A stretch of 62,960 nucleotides of DNA, the filler included, from Octopus bimaculoides (lineage: Eukaryota): the NCBI RefSeq assembly GCF_001194135.2. It is 6 parts of 6 records of this genome, joined end to end, with 100 filler letters (N's around TTAATTAATTAA, not from the genome) between each part and the next. Parts side by side here need not be neighbours in the genome. Positions count along the whole stretch, not along the records: positions 43,954 to 52,594 come from NC_069002.1; positions 52,695 to 62,960 come from NC_068986.1; 4 more parts are not named here. One strand, 5' to 3'. The position numbers were made by a program, and so were the translations under genes. The notes beneath the pieces are model-generated. The model saw nothing but the letters and a program-made list of their open reading frames with translations. It made no database searches and was not told the origin of the DNA. Below are positions 48,131 to 60,889 of the stretch, piece by piece. Every line of letters begins with the position of its first letter. Within the stretch, counting starts at the first letter, position 1.

Positions 48131-48434
48131 GTGCTAGCATTTTCTAATAATTTCAGATTTGGAATTATGTATATATATATATACATACAGTGAGATAGAG
48201 AGATTGCAAAAGAGAGAAAAAGATGCAAACAACTTGCATGTGCAAGTGTTATCAATCAAAAGTGCTGTGTACCAAATGCCAGTAGGTTCCAGGGATCATC
48301 AGGAAAGAGTGTAAGAGTTGTAAAGTATATGGAAATATATGTTACTTAGTGCAGAACTATGAGTCCACAACATCCTATATATATTATATACACGCACATA
48401 CACAATTATACACACAAATATACACCCATACACT

Positions 48435-48498
<64 letters not shown>

Positions 48499-50340
48499 NN
48501 NNNNNNNNNNNNNNNNNNNNNNNNNNNNNNNNNNNNNNNNNNNNNNNNNNNNNNNNNNNNNNNNNNNNNNNNNNNNNNNNNNNNNNNNNNNNNNNNNNNN
48601 NNNNNNNNNNNNNNNNNNNNNNNNNNNNNNNNNNNNNNNNNNNNNNNNNNNNNNNNNNNNNNNNNNNNNNNNNNNNNNNNNNNNNNNNNNNNNNNNNNNN
48701 NNNNNNNNNNNNNNNNNNNNNNNNNNNNNNNNNNNNNNNNNNNNNNNNNNNNNNNNNNNNNNNNNNNNNNNNNNNNNNNNNNNNNNNNNNNNNNNNNNNN
48801 NNNNNNNNNNNNNNNNNNNNNNNNNNNNNNNNNNNNNNNNNNNNNNNNNNNNNNNNNNNNNNNNNNNNNNNNNNNNNNNNNNNNNNNNNNNNNNNNNNNN
48901 NNNNNNNNNNNNNNNNNNNNNNNNNNNNNNNNNNNNNNNNNNNNNNNNNNNNNNNNNNNNNNNNNNNNNNNNNNNNNNNNNNNNNNNNNNNNNNNNNNNN
49001 NNNNNNNNNNNNNNNNNNNNNNNNNNNNNNNNNNNNNNNNNNNNNNNNNNNNNNNNNNNNNNNNNNNNNNNNNNNNNNNNNNNNNNNNNNNNNNNNNNNN
49101 NNNNNNNNNNNNNNNNNNNNNNNNNNNNNNNNNNNNNNNNNNNNNNNNNNNNNNNNNNNNNNNNNNNNNNNNNNNNNNNNNNNNNNNNNNNNNNNNNNNN
49201 NNNNNNNNNNNNNNNNNNNNNNNNNNNNNNNNNNNNNNNNNNNNNNNNNNNNNNNNNNNNNNNNNNNNNNNNNNNNNNNNNNNNNNNNNNNNNNNNNNNN
49301 NNNNNNNNNNNNNNNNNNNNNNNNNNNNNNNNNNNNNNNNNNNNNNNNNNNNNNNNNNNNNNNNNNNNNNNNNNNNNNNNNNNNNNNNNNNNNNNNNNNN
49401 NNNNNNNNNNNNNNNNNNNNNNNNNNNNNNNNNNNNNNNNNNNNNNNNNNNNNNNNNNNNNNNNNNNNNNNCACACACACACACACTGCACCCCCCCCCC
49501 CCACACTTATTTGGTGTAGCGCAATGTTGTTTACATTAGGAGATCGTCCCTTGGGGTTTAAACACTCAAGGAGAAAGAAGGACACTACAGTTGCCCACAC
49601 AGTCATCATTGTTAAACAGCCACATGAAGGCAGTGGCAGAGGGGTAGGGTGGTGGGGGGGGACCAGAAGAGTCACACAAACTGCTGCATAAGAAAGTAAA
49701 GTGGCCAACACAAGAGCTGTTTGAACTGATTTCAGGTGTTTATATTTTAGTGAAAGTGTTTTTACATTCTGATATATTTTAAATGATTACAAAGCAGAGT
49801 GAATGAGTGAGAAGGAGAGAGACAAAGAATGCTATTATTAGATTCCTATGGCATATTTATAGAAACAATTTATTAAATGTGGGGCATATTTGAGCATGTC
49901 TTATCAGTTTGTTTTTACTGTGACCCTTGGAACCTGTAAATAAGATGTGACCAACAAGATTCTTTATTACTTTGCCACTTGAAAGCTGTAAAAAAAAAAA
50001 AAAAAAAAAAGAGGAGAAGAGAGAAGAAAAGAGAAAGCATCTCAAAGGAGAGGTAAATAGTACGAGTTTGATTTGAAGAAAGAAATAATAATAATAATGA
50101 TGATGATGATGATGATGACAATAATAATAATAATAATAAAAGATTGGCTGTATATGCAAGCAAAGCAATGATTTATGAGCAGAAATGGGACAGAGTGATT
50201 TATATAGCACGGACATGAGAAAAGAGAACAACAGTTGATGAGAAAGAAGCAGAAGAGAGGAAATACATAGGATAGAGAGTGTGAGAGAGAGAGGGAGGGA
50301 GGAGGGACAAACGGACAGACAGAGAAGAAATCAATATTAC

Positions 50341-50416
50341 TGATGTTTGTCTGGCTAATGTTGCACATGACTTGGTTAAAGGATTTCTCAAGGAGATGGA
50401 CAGCTTTATCTCTTGT
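50341..50416 (-). CDS. Candidate internal exon, 76 nt
   Basis: Pyrimidine tract TTCTTTTTGTTTTTGGTAACAG|, frame TRDKAVHLLEKSFNQVMCNISQTNI, donor GTAATA; lies in the CpG-poor block. Confidence 0.2.
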
Positions 50417-50622
50417 CTGTTACCAAAAACAAAAAGAATTTTGGTTGTGAAGAAGAGGCACCAGAACCAAGCACAAAATAGTATTCTATTAAACAACAAA
50501 TCTATTATGGTTTTAAATGGAATCATGCAAAAAGAGAGAGAGAAAAAAGGATGAGGTAACATGCTTTGTTTCAGAATTGTACTTGGGAAGTGAAAGAAGT
50601 TTATTCATTCATTCATCAAAAC

Positions 50623-51097
50623 CAGGGGTTCTCAACCAGGGTTCACATGTTCCCTGAGGGTCCATATTTTTGGCGGTCCATGCAATAAAAGATTCACAGT
50701 AGCCTTTTAAGGGACCCTGAAACAATTCTGCATTAGATGTATGTATTGGTATGTATTGCAAGAAACAGGTTTCTTTCTCAACCTACACAAATTAATGCGT
50801 GGAAAACAAAATAGGGAGTTTGAAAGACATTTCTATAAATCTAGTTTACAAACATCAAATGGCTAAGGGGGTTCACCAGAATAAAATAGTAATCAAAGGG
50901 GTCCATAGATAAAAAATGGTCGAGAACCGTGTTTTACTTAGTTCAGCCTACACAAGGGAGTGTGTGAAAAACAAAATAGGGATTTTGAAAGAAGTTTCTT
51001 TAAGACTAATTTTTAAACATTAAATGACTAAGAGGGCTCACAAGAATAAAATATTAATCAAAGGGGTTCATAGGTAAAGAATGGTTGAGAACTCCTG
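50623..51097. mobile_element. Non-autonomous hAT (Charlie-like) element with internally duplicated 3' half
   Basis: TIRs CAGGGGTTCTCAACC and GGTTGAGAACTCCTG; degenerate 8-bp TSD ATCAAAAC/ATTTAAAC. Confidence 0.8.
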
Positions 51098-51685
51098 ATT
51101 TAAACAGTCTGTTCTCATCATGCCAGGAGAGGGTGGACAAAGATGGTTCTGACAGCATTGCATTTTCTTTTTAGGAGAATGCTCTTCTTGTTACAACCTT
51201 TAGCTCTTTTGCAGGGAAAGCATTTTTATTCCACTTAACTTATGAAAGAACCAAAAAATACCAAGTGCTAAGCTAGAGGTTGATTTCTTAACAGGGAATT
51301 CGACGACTGGCACCCATGCCAACGTTGTCTCCNNNNNNNNNNAGTGTGTGAAAAACAAAATAGGGATTTTGAAAGAAGTTTCTTTAAGACTAATTTTTAA
51401 ACATTAAATGACTAAGAGGGCTCACAAGAATAAAATATTAATCAAAGGGGTTCATAGGTAAAGAATGGTTGAGAACTCCTGATTTAAACAGTCTGTTCTC
51501 ATCATGCCAGGAGAGGGTGGACAAAGATGGTTCTGACAGCATTGCATTTTCTTTTTAGGAGAATGCTCTTCTTGTTACAACCTTTAGCTCTTTTGCAGGG
51601 AAAGCATTTTTATTCCACTTAACTTATGAAAGAACCAAAAAATACCAAGTGCTAAGCTAGAGGTTGATTTCTTAACAGGGAATTC

Positions 51686-51887
51686 GACGACTGGCACCCA
51701 TGCCAACGTTGTCTCCTTCATTGGACACGAAACTCGGCTTGCGAAGACCTGTTGGGGCAAGCGAAAGCGAAATCGTGATGGCACCTGTGCCCAGCGTCGC
51801 CTTCCTGGCACTTGTGCCGGTGGCGCATGTAAAGACATTCGAGTGAGATCGTTGCCAGTGCCGCTGGACTGGCTCTTGTGCGGGTGG
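51686..51887 (+). mobile_element. GC-rich SINE-like repeat (same family as 52188-52594), partial
   Basis: GAGATCGTTGCCAGTGCCGCTGGACTGGCTC is the inverse of a unit repeated within 52400-52570. Confidence 0.75.
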
Positions 51888-52187
51888 NNNNNNNNNNAAA
51901 CAATAGCAGTTTTCTATGCTACTCTGTGTGTGTGTATATGTGTGTGTGTATCAGTTGAATGGAATACTACAAATCATATAAGCAAGGGGGCTATGAGATT
52001 TGTCCAATCCATGCCAGCATGGAAAACCGGATGGAGACTGATGACAGCAACTGGAAAAGCCGAACAATATTTTAACCTATTTTCTTCAGACATTTGCAAC
52101 AAAGAATTGAATATGAAATGGCATTAAAGAATAGATGATATCCGTGAGTGTGTGTGTGTGGAGATAGGGAGACATATATATGCATAT

Positions 52188-52594
52188 CATCATCATCATC
52201 GTTTAACGTCCGCTTTCCATGCTAGCATGGGTTGGACGATTTGACTGAGGACTGGTGAAACCGGATGGCAACACCAGGCTCCAGTCTGATTTGGCAGAGT
52301 TTCTACAGCTGGATGCCCTTCCTAACGCCAACCACTCAGAGAGTGTAGTGGGTGCTTTTACGTGTCACCCGCACGAAAACGGCCACGCTTGAAATGGTGT
52401 CTTTTATGTGCCACCCGCACAAGCCAGTCCAGGGGCGCTGGCAACGATCTCGCTCGAAAATCCTACAGGAGCCAGTCAGGCGGTACTGGCAACGGCCACG
52501 CTCAAAATGGTGTATTTTATGTGCCACCTGCACAGGAGCCAGTCCAGCGGCACTGGCAACGATCTCGCTCGAAAGTCCTTACACATGCTGTGGG
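52188..52594 (-). mobile_element. SINE with GGAAGGGCATCCAGCTGTAGAAAC domain (V-domain-like) and RTE-like tail ending (GAT)n
   Basis: Minus strand ...TTAGGAAGGGCATCCAGCTGTAGAAAC...CCCATGCTAGCATGGAAAGCGGACGTTAAACGATGATGATG; internal tandem duplications. Superfamily labels are from recall. Confidence 0.75.
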
Positions 52595-52942
52595 NNNNNN
52601 NNNNNNNNNNNNNNNNNNNNNNNNNNNNNNNNNNNNNNTTAATTAATTAANNNNNNNNNNNNNNNNNNNNNNNNNNNNNNNNNNNNNNNNNNNNAACCAT
52701 GCTGCGTACTGATTCGTGCTTCATATGTTGTCTGGTCAATTCTGCTGACGATAGTCTGACCTTGTAAGATATAATCTTTATCTTACTAAAATTGACTTGA
52801 AACCATGGTACAGAATATAGATTGGTAAAAGTTTTTATTTTTCATTTCCTTTCGAAATTATCCCTAACTTTTGTGGTATGTAGTATTTTTGCTGCTATTT
52901 CTAGCGAGTAGATGTCCTATTATAGGCGTCTCTGCATTTCTA

Positions 52943-52978
<36 letters not shown>

Positions 52979-53197
52979 ATAAGATCGATATTTAATACCG
53001 ATTTCTTCAGGTGGCCAGCATGGGAATAAAAACCATCAAAGGTAATAATTATCTAAAGTTATAATTTAGGGTATCTAAGAGATACCACCAGGCTGGAAAT
53101 AGCAGTCAAAACTTGACTCTAAAACCACATTAAATGTTCATATAGCACCAGGAGAGAAGACGAAGAGACAAGATAAACTAGCAAAAATTACTGAATA

Positions 53198-53255
53198 ATT
53201 CCAGATCCCGGATTTTTGGCCCTGCATAAGAAATGCTCTGCCTTCATCAGTGGAA
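53198..53255 (-). ncRNA. Type I hammerhead-like motif with G12 substitution
   Basis: ATTCCA-CTGATGA-A-GGC-aga-GCAT-ttctt-ATGC-ag-GCC-AAAAA-TCCGGG-ATC-TGGAAT; a perfect 6-bp helix I closes exactly at the core. Confidence 0.55.
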
Positions 53256-54366
53256 TATACTCAGAAAACCACATAAATACAAATTTGTATACAACATACG
53301 ATATACTTACATATCCGAACGTATACATGCATATATATATGCAAGTATGCACATGACCAGTTTAAATTGCCGGCCTAAAAGGCTCTTAGGTGGGCAGTTT
53401 AAACTGGTCATGTGCATACGTTAGGAAATAACGTTTGATGCATAAATGTTGTGGACATATTAGTTTGGATTCTAGCAAAGATATAACAATGGGCCACATT
53501 TGTTAAAAGAGTAGTTTGGAGTCAGCGGTTGGTAACATGTTCTTGCTTTCATAAACACTACTTGGTTATTCTTTACTTTTGAATAAACCAAATTTATGTC
53601 ATGCGTTAAATAATTATAAGTGTGTATGCGCGTGTGCTAGGGAAAGAGAGATGGCTTAAGAGAGAGACAGAGAGAGGGAGGGAGAGAAATTCCATAGAAA
53701 AAGGAAAAATGAAAACCACTTATCTGATGAATTTCTTCCAGACTATTTTCCATCTCTAAGAAATCTCTTGTTCCATACAATGTTTCATTAATATATCTCA
53801 GGTTATATAATTCTGAAGATTTCTAAAATGAATGAAGTAGTCTTATATGTTTACCTCCGACAAAACATTCTAAGAATTTTAAATCAGAAACTGAAAAATA
53901 TCTTTTTCTGCATTACTTCATTAGAAATTCAAACGCTAGGAGACAAATGATTATCTCCCTCGAACTGTCCACTAGAGGACGTTTATATACGTCATGAACT
54001 CTCGTGTCGTCAAACAATGGATGAGGGATCCGCAGTTTCTTAGCGATCAACCAGACAGATGCTTTGTTTATAGAGGTCAAACTTTTGTGTTTACATAAAC
54101 TCACTCCATTCACCAAATCGATATTACCTGCACAAGAATCAGAGGTCAGAAAGATCGCAAATCAAGGTGAAATAAAATACTTTGCTCAAAAACACGACTG
54201 GCCGCCCAACCCAAGATTTAAATCCATTCTCTTGCGAAGGGGAGTGCGACACCCAATCACCAGCTCCCGCGTGTTAAATGTAGGATTCTAAGAAGATAAA
54301 TCTATAAATAAAGCTTTGAAAACACTTTTGGATAGAAAAAGTTGAAGGTTGTTGGTGGGGTCCAGA

Positions 54367-54449
<83 letters not shown>

Positions 54450-55762
54450 NNNNNNNNNNNNNNNNNNNNNNNNNNNNNNNNNNNNNNNNNNNNNNNNNNN
54501 NNNNNNNNNNNNNNNNNNNNNNNNNNNNNNNNNNNNNNNNNNNNNNNNNNNNNNNNNNNNNNNNNNNNNNNNNNNNNNNNNNNNNNNNNNNNNNNNNNNN
54601 NNNNNNNNNNNNNNNNNNNNNNNNNNNNNNNNNNNNNNNNNNNNNNNNNNNNNNNNNNNNNNNNNNNNNNNNNNNNNNNNNNNNNNNNNNNNNNNNNNNN
54701 NNNNNNNNNNNNNNNNNNNNNNNNNNNNNNNNNNNNNNNNNNNNNNNNNNNNNNNNNNNNNNNNNNNNNNNNNNNNNNNNNNNNNNNNNNNNNNNNNNNN
54801 NNNNNNNNNNNNNNNNNNNNNNNNNNNNNNNNNNNNNNNNNNNNNNNNNNNNNNNNNNNNNNNNNNNNNNNNNNNNNNNNNNNNNNNNNNNNNNNNNNNN
54901 NNNNNNNNNNNNNNNNNNNNNNNNNNNNNNNNNNNNNNNNNNNNNNNNNNNNNNNNNNNNNNNNNNNNNNNNNNNNNNNNNNNNNNNNNNNNNNNNNNNN
55001 NNNNNNNNNNNNNNNNNNNNNNNNNNNNNNNNNNNNNNNNNNNNNNNNNNNNNNNNNNNNNNNNNNNNNNNNNNNNNNNNNNNNNNNNNNNNNNNNNNNN
55101 NNNNNNNNNNNNNNNNNNNNNNNNNNNNNNNNNNNNNNNNNNNNNNNNNNNNNNNNNNNNNNNNNNNNNNNNNNNNNNNNNNNNNNNNNNNNNNNNNNNN
55201 NNNNNNNNNNNNNNNNNNNNNNNNNNAAATTTTAAATCTATTATGTTGCCGTGTCATGTTGGATGTATGTCTTTCAAAATATTAAATATTGATTTCCTGA
55301 GTATATTATTGATGAGTTTATGAATTTCTTAATAATATAAAAACACATATATACACATTTATTTGCTCAAAATAATTGAGCACTCAACATAAGTTCAGTT
55401 ATATATTCTTTTAGAATATTTCTTTTAAAATATTACTTATAAAAGTTATATATATATATATATATATAATACTTTTCTCGCTGTATTACTTGTTCGTTTC
55501 TCTTTTTCCATATGTGATTTTATTTTTGATCTTCTTTGTAAATGAAGATATTTCCTCCGTCTGGCTGCTTTTCTTTCTACAAAAAAAAGAAGATAAACTG
55601 TTATTTTAGCGTGTTGTATCTATTTATCACCCGCTGAGATGCATCTGCACCGCGAATGCTCCTGAACCAGTTGTTGAGTGTTCCACCCGTGATGGATCGA
55701 TGCTAGATGTGTCGAAACAATTGTCGCGATTAATAAATTCCATTTTCCGTCTTTCGTTTGTC

Positions 55763-55844
<82 letters not shown>

Positions 55845-55886
55845 NNNNNNNNNNNNNNNNNNNNNNNNNNNNNNNNNNNNNNNNNN

Positions 55887-55930
<44 letters not shown>

Positions 55931-56596
55931 TGTATGTATAATTTCTTGTTATGGTGTGTTATTTGTAGCCTGCACTATGTGAGGGAATATAGTTGAGTGT
56001 ATTGATAATGGTGTTATTGAAAATCGTTTACTTAATCTGGATATGTTTCAAGTAAAACCGATCTAAGAGGAATCTGATCTCGGAGGAAACTGAAGTAATT
56101 ATCAAAACGAATCAAGGTGAACTTGACTCGCAGCGTCCGATTTCATTTGTGTTTGTTTTAGAGAGGTTTAGATAACATTATTAAGACAGTTGCATGGTTT
56201 GTTCTTTATTTAAGAAACGCAAAGGATTATTCATTTGAATGGTTGTTATTAGTTCTCTACGATGGAATTACCTTTTATAATGACCATAGTAACATCTTTA
56301 ATATAGAGTAATTTGACTCTATCTTTAAATTCATATCTTCTGGAAACAAACCCAATGTAATTTTTACAAAATCTAATTTTCATAGTGTTTCACATGCAAT
56401 TACATGTTTATCTATGAGTACATGCCAATATTGTAGCGAAAACATACGGCTTTTCTAAGATAAGGAATATCAAATAATATTCGTACAACCGTTCTCTTAT
56501 CAAATTCCAATAGTAATCATCTTTATATATATATATATATATACACTTGATGCACGCAATAGACATATGTTAAAGTATTATAAAATAGAAACGGTA

Positions 56597-56603
<7 letters not shown>

Positions 56604-56686
<83 letters not shown>
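56604..56686. repeat. (CT)n microsatellite
   Basis: Direct reading. Confidence 0.98.
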
Positions 56687-56687
<1 letters not shown>

Positions 56688-56916
56688 ATTCCAGTTAAGT
56701 TAAACGCTGGAATTGACATTTTGTTATATAGGCATTTAAGAAAGGAAACGTAAGTAAACTAAAAATATACTGAATCCGAGTATTAACTCAGGTCAGAAGT
56801 AACATATTTGTAAAGAAAAATAAAATCGATTAAATCGAACTGGAGTGCTGATCGTTATTTCATCGATATATTTATTATTTTTATTACTTCATCCGTCGTT
56901 GTCGACGATGACTAAG

Positions 56917-56982
56917 GATATTGCACGGTGTGTCTGGTTGTGGCTGGTCAATCTGATGCCTGCTCCGAAGGGTCTGCTGCAG
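56917..56982 (+). CDS. Candidate exon, 66 nt
   Basis: TAAG| ... CAG|GTCGGG; frame YCTVCLVVAGQSDACSEGSAA, phase 1-1; weak acceptor. Confidence 0.18.
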
Positions 56983-57150
56983 GTCGGGCGCTGGTGATCT
57001 GTTAGGACTAAAGACAAGGAATTGGGTCTGGACAATTAGAACTAACGATTACATCAAGTCTTGTAGAATTTGAACACAGGAAGTAAAAGGATGTCGTTTA
57101 CTGGAGAATTCTGTTGATTACATAATCTTCGTTTGTTTATTTGTTAGCAG

Positions 57151-57224
57151 AAGACAGCAACGGCGTTGTGTTGGGTGTAAGTTATAACAGCACAGTGTGG
57201 CAGACGAAGATAAGCGATGACAAG
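57151..57224 (+). CDS. Candidate exon, 74 nt
   Basis: Acceptor TTCGTTTGTTTATTTGTTAGCAG|, donor AAG|GTATCT (alternative GGT|GTAAGT at 57177); frame EDSNGVVLGVSYNSTVWQTKISDDK. Confidence 0.25.
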
Positions 57225-57519
57225 GTATCTATTGAAACCAGATGATAAGTAACTTAGATATATGGAAGGTGAGAAATGGAAGAAATAATATGCTTAATAC
57301 CAACACTGTTAGATGCTAACATAGAAATTATAATGGTAACGTCTAAGATTGAAATTCCGTGATATACGTATACCCCCCCCCCCAGACACACACACACGCA
57401 CTTATATATATTTATGAGTCTACAGAAAGAGTGGAGATGCAACTTCAGCGTGTGTTTGTGTCTGTGTATGCTTGCGTATGTATGTGTGTATGTGTCTGTC
57501 TGTGTGTTTTTCTCATAGC

Positions 57520-57990
57520 GCACACTCTTCTCGAAAGCGTTCGTACCAGGCTCCTGGCGAGATATTTATCTTGTCGACACTGTCTCACTATTCACTGCTA
57601 CCCAGGCTATCCTTCTTCCTCTAATTTCACTCCGAAACACGGTGTCAATGCATAATCAAATACCTTTCGACTGCATCTCCACTTGGATTGAAGGTATTTA
57701 TCTCACTTCAACCTCTTCGGAATTATCGTATTCGGTGACTTCAAATATCAAATTTCCTATTGGTTCCCAAATTTATCTATCAATAATGCTGCCAGTACCG
57801 AAACCGACCATTTTTCTAACTCTCGACTCCCTATAACCCCTTTTTCACTTCGTTTATGCATCTCTGACTGACACACAGACACTTCAAGTATCCCTCAACT
57901 CATTCTTACCTTCCATCTTAAACTCTGCCAGACATTAACTCTTCCTGCACTTATTGAAGCGTTTGGTCACTGCCTGATCACGGTTCACCT
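57520..57990 (+). mobile_element. CR1/L2-group LINE endonuclease relic
   Basis: NQIPFDCISTWIEGIYL...GIIVFGDFKY..YW...SD*HTDTSS..QLILT...GHCLITV follows the APE GDFN ... LDL.LT ... SDH pattern. Confidence 0.65.
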
Positions 57991-58145
57991 CGCCACATCG
58001 TTATACAACACGATATTCTCCATCCGCAACACCATGTGACACTTAAAGGAAGTAGATTATTGTTTGGAGTAATTTCCACCAAAAATGTGCAACCGAAAAT
58101 GTACTCATTCTGGTGAGAGATAAATATTATTCAATAAACAAAGTA

Positions 58146-58358
58146 TATATTTTTATGAGCAAATAATAGTTTCATGCGATGGAAACGACTCAGGCAGCAT
58201 TTTATAGTATAACTGGTGCCGTGATGCAATCATTCTGTTTTACCTTGTTATGCCATGTGGGCAGAGCCCGAGGATTGCATGAAAGCACAAGACGTGTTAT
58301 AAAATGGTGGCTGAGTTGTTTTCATCGTATGAAACTATTAGTAGGTCGTAAAAATATA
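58146..58358. mobile_element. MITE with about 47-75-bp TIRs in TA context
   Basis: ATATTTTTATGAGCAAATAATAGTTTCATGCGATGGAAACGACTCAG versus the inverse CTGAGTTGTTTTCATCGTATGAAACTATTAGTAGGTCGTAAAAATAT. Confidence 0.8.
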
Positions 58359-58682
58359 TGATATAATATTATATATATATATAAGGTGAAGATAAACTTA
58401 CTTGGAAATCAATGCAATTAAATAATAAATAAGAAATAACATAATATAATATATAATATATAATATTATACATATATATATATTTATATATAATATTATA
58501 TCATGTATTATATATCATATATTATATTGTATTATATGTTATTTATTATTATTATTTATTATTTAATTGCATTTATTTCCAAGTAAGTTTATCTTCACCT
58601 TTTTGATGCGACTCTCTACTCTATACTTTCATTCTCTAATTCCCTTTCATCCCCTCCCTCCTTCACCGTTTTCTATTCGTTC

Positions 58683-58725
<43 letters not shown>

Positions 58726-59781
58726 TTCTCTTTCTTCTCTTTCTCCATCATTCTCTTTTTCTCTCTCTCTCTCTCCCACTCTCGTTGCTCACACGTGACA
58801 TCGTCCATCTTTCTTTTCTTCACGTGACCATCTTACTTTTCCTGCACGGAAGTGTTTTTCTCTATCTTCTATCATTTCTCTTTTCGAAAGAAATGTTTCT
58901 CCCAACATTCACTATTTTCCTCTCGTTCTTGCCTAACGATACTCCATGTTTGTTTTCGTTCGGTTTCATTGTATGTCTCCACTGTCATTTTTCTGTTCCC
59001 AACTTTGACCCTCCATAAATCCTACATTTTATTTTAGAATTTATAAGAGCAGCTGACTTTGAAGACTGATATCGTCATTGAATGCTCGAAATGAGGAGCA
59101 GATGGACAGCCGAAAACTTATGAAGGGTCTTTTCTCTGTGTTTACTTGTCTTATTTTCCATTTTTTTCTTGTTGTCTGCGTACTTCACTCGTTTTTCCCT
59201 CGTTTATTTACGTATTTCATGTCATTTGCACCGTTGGTAAGGTCCTGTACCCATATATGCATGTATATATATATTGCATATTGTTTATTATTTGTATATA
59301 TATGTATATATATGTATATATATATATATATATNNNNNNNNNNNNNNNNNNNNNNNNNNNNNNNNNNNNNNNNNNNNNNNNNNNNNNNNNNNNNNNNNNN
59401 TATAGTGTAAATTTATCCAATGAAGAAGAAAACAATTAAAATGCGCCATCTTAATTTAAGAGAACTTCAACCTAAACGAATCGAAACTCGTTAGTGACAT
59501 TGGGAGTAAATGCAAATTGATTTAATTCAGTAAGAGATGAAACCAAATTAAATTAGAGTGATGTGCCTCGACTTGTAACTCACTGTGAACATTATTATTA
59601 GGATTAAAATTAAAATTATCCCCACAAAAAAGCCATCTCTACTCATATAAAACGCCCTCGCCTCTAAGATGCACCCCCGACTTACAAGGTTCAAATCGGG
59701 AATTTTATCATTGGACCGACTATAAGCCGCAGCGACTTTTTGATAGTGGAAGGCAAAGTTAAATTAGGAATCACACCGACA

Positions 59782-59872
59782 TAGCCTTTGAAGACACTTG
59801 CCCCAGATGCCAGGCAGTGGGCCTGAATCCAGAACCAAGTGGTTGGGAAGTAAATTTCTTACCACACAGCTA
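59782..59872 (-). mobile_element. SINE family 1, 5' fragment
   Basis: GAAGACACTTGCCCC...CAGTGGGCCTGAATCCAGAACC...CTTACCACACAGC. Confidence 0.75.
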
Positions 59873-60889
59873 CAGAAGCTTCAAAGTTTCGGCCATTTAA
59901 GTCATCGTGGGACTTCGAAGCATTTAAGTTAATCTTGGCTTTATATAGTCTTTGTTCAAAGTCACTGTCAATAATATTCTTGTTTAAGCATGATAAATTT
60001 GTATTCCTCAAAAATATAGAGTAACTTATCAGATTAATCTAAAATTGCTTTTATTATAACTGAACATAAAAACAAACATTAATATAGCTATATATATATA
60101 TATATAAAAACGTGCGTATATATGAATGTATGTAAGTGTCTGTATGTATTTGATCTGATCTTCCTCCTAAAATTACGTTAAAAACGTTTTTATATTCAAT
60201 AAGATAGATTTCTCTCACAAGAATCGTTAGAACAAAACCGTTTAACCTTTCAAATAACAATGTAATAGCCCGTTACTCATGACATTAAAATTTTATGTTG
60301 CTTTATACGTGTTCCTGTTATGTTTACACAGAATTACGTTCGACTTTAATCTCTCGATATCATCTAGTCTACAATAATTGGGAACATAATCCAGTGTAGT
60401 ACATCCCTTCAATTTTCCATCATAAAACCAAAGATAGTTTCAAAACAAACAGTTTATGAACATTTTCTAATTTCGTTGTGCGATGTCCATTCACCTCCGT
60501 TTCCCTAATATTTCATTCGTACATCAAGCAACAATTAAGGGGAATTTTTTAGCTGCGCATCAGATGGTATGTAGGATCTATTCTTTGTATGCTATAAGTG
60601 TGTGAGTGCAAGGATTCAATTTAATGCCGAGGTCAGGGAGAAATAGTTAATTACTAGTGGTTCACTGTACGTTTCTCAAAAATAATGATAAAGGTGTGCC
60701 TGTAACTCGAGGCGGGTTGAATGTCTCCGGGGATTTCATTCATAAAACACCGGTTCCTTTAGTGGGTGTTTGTTTCCTTTATCGTCACTCGTCGTCATTC
60801 ACACACCACGAACACACACAGATATATGTATATATTCATACATACATGTATACGTACGTGTGAATATATGTATGTATGCATGCATGTAT

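Noticed and set aside
50959-51716. 374-bp direct duplication (50959-51332 and 51343-51716)
   Set aside because: Apparently identical copies on either side of a 10-N gap indicate an unmerged contig overlap.
55688-55722. GAAACAATTGTC with palindromic stem III, Penelope-like context
   Set aside because: No recognisable CUGANGA core or helix I; at most a decayed relic, so not called.
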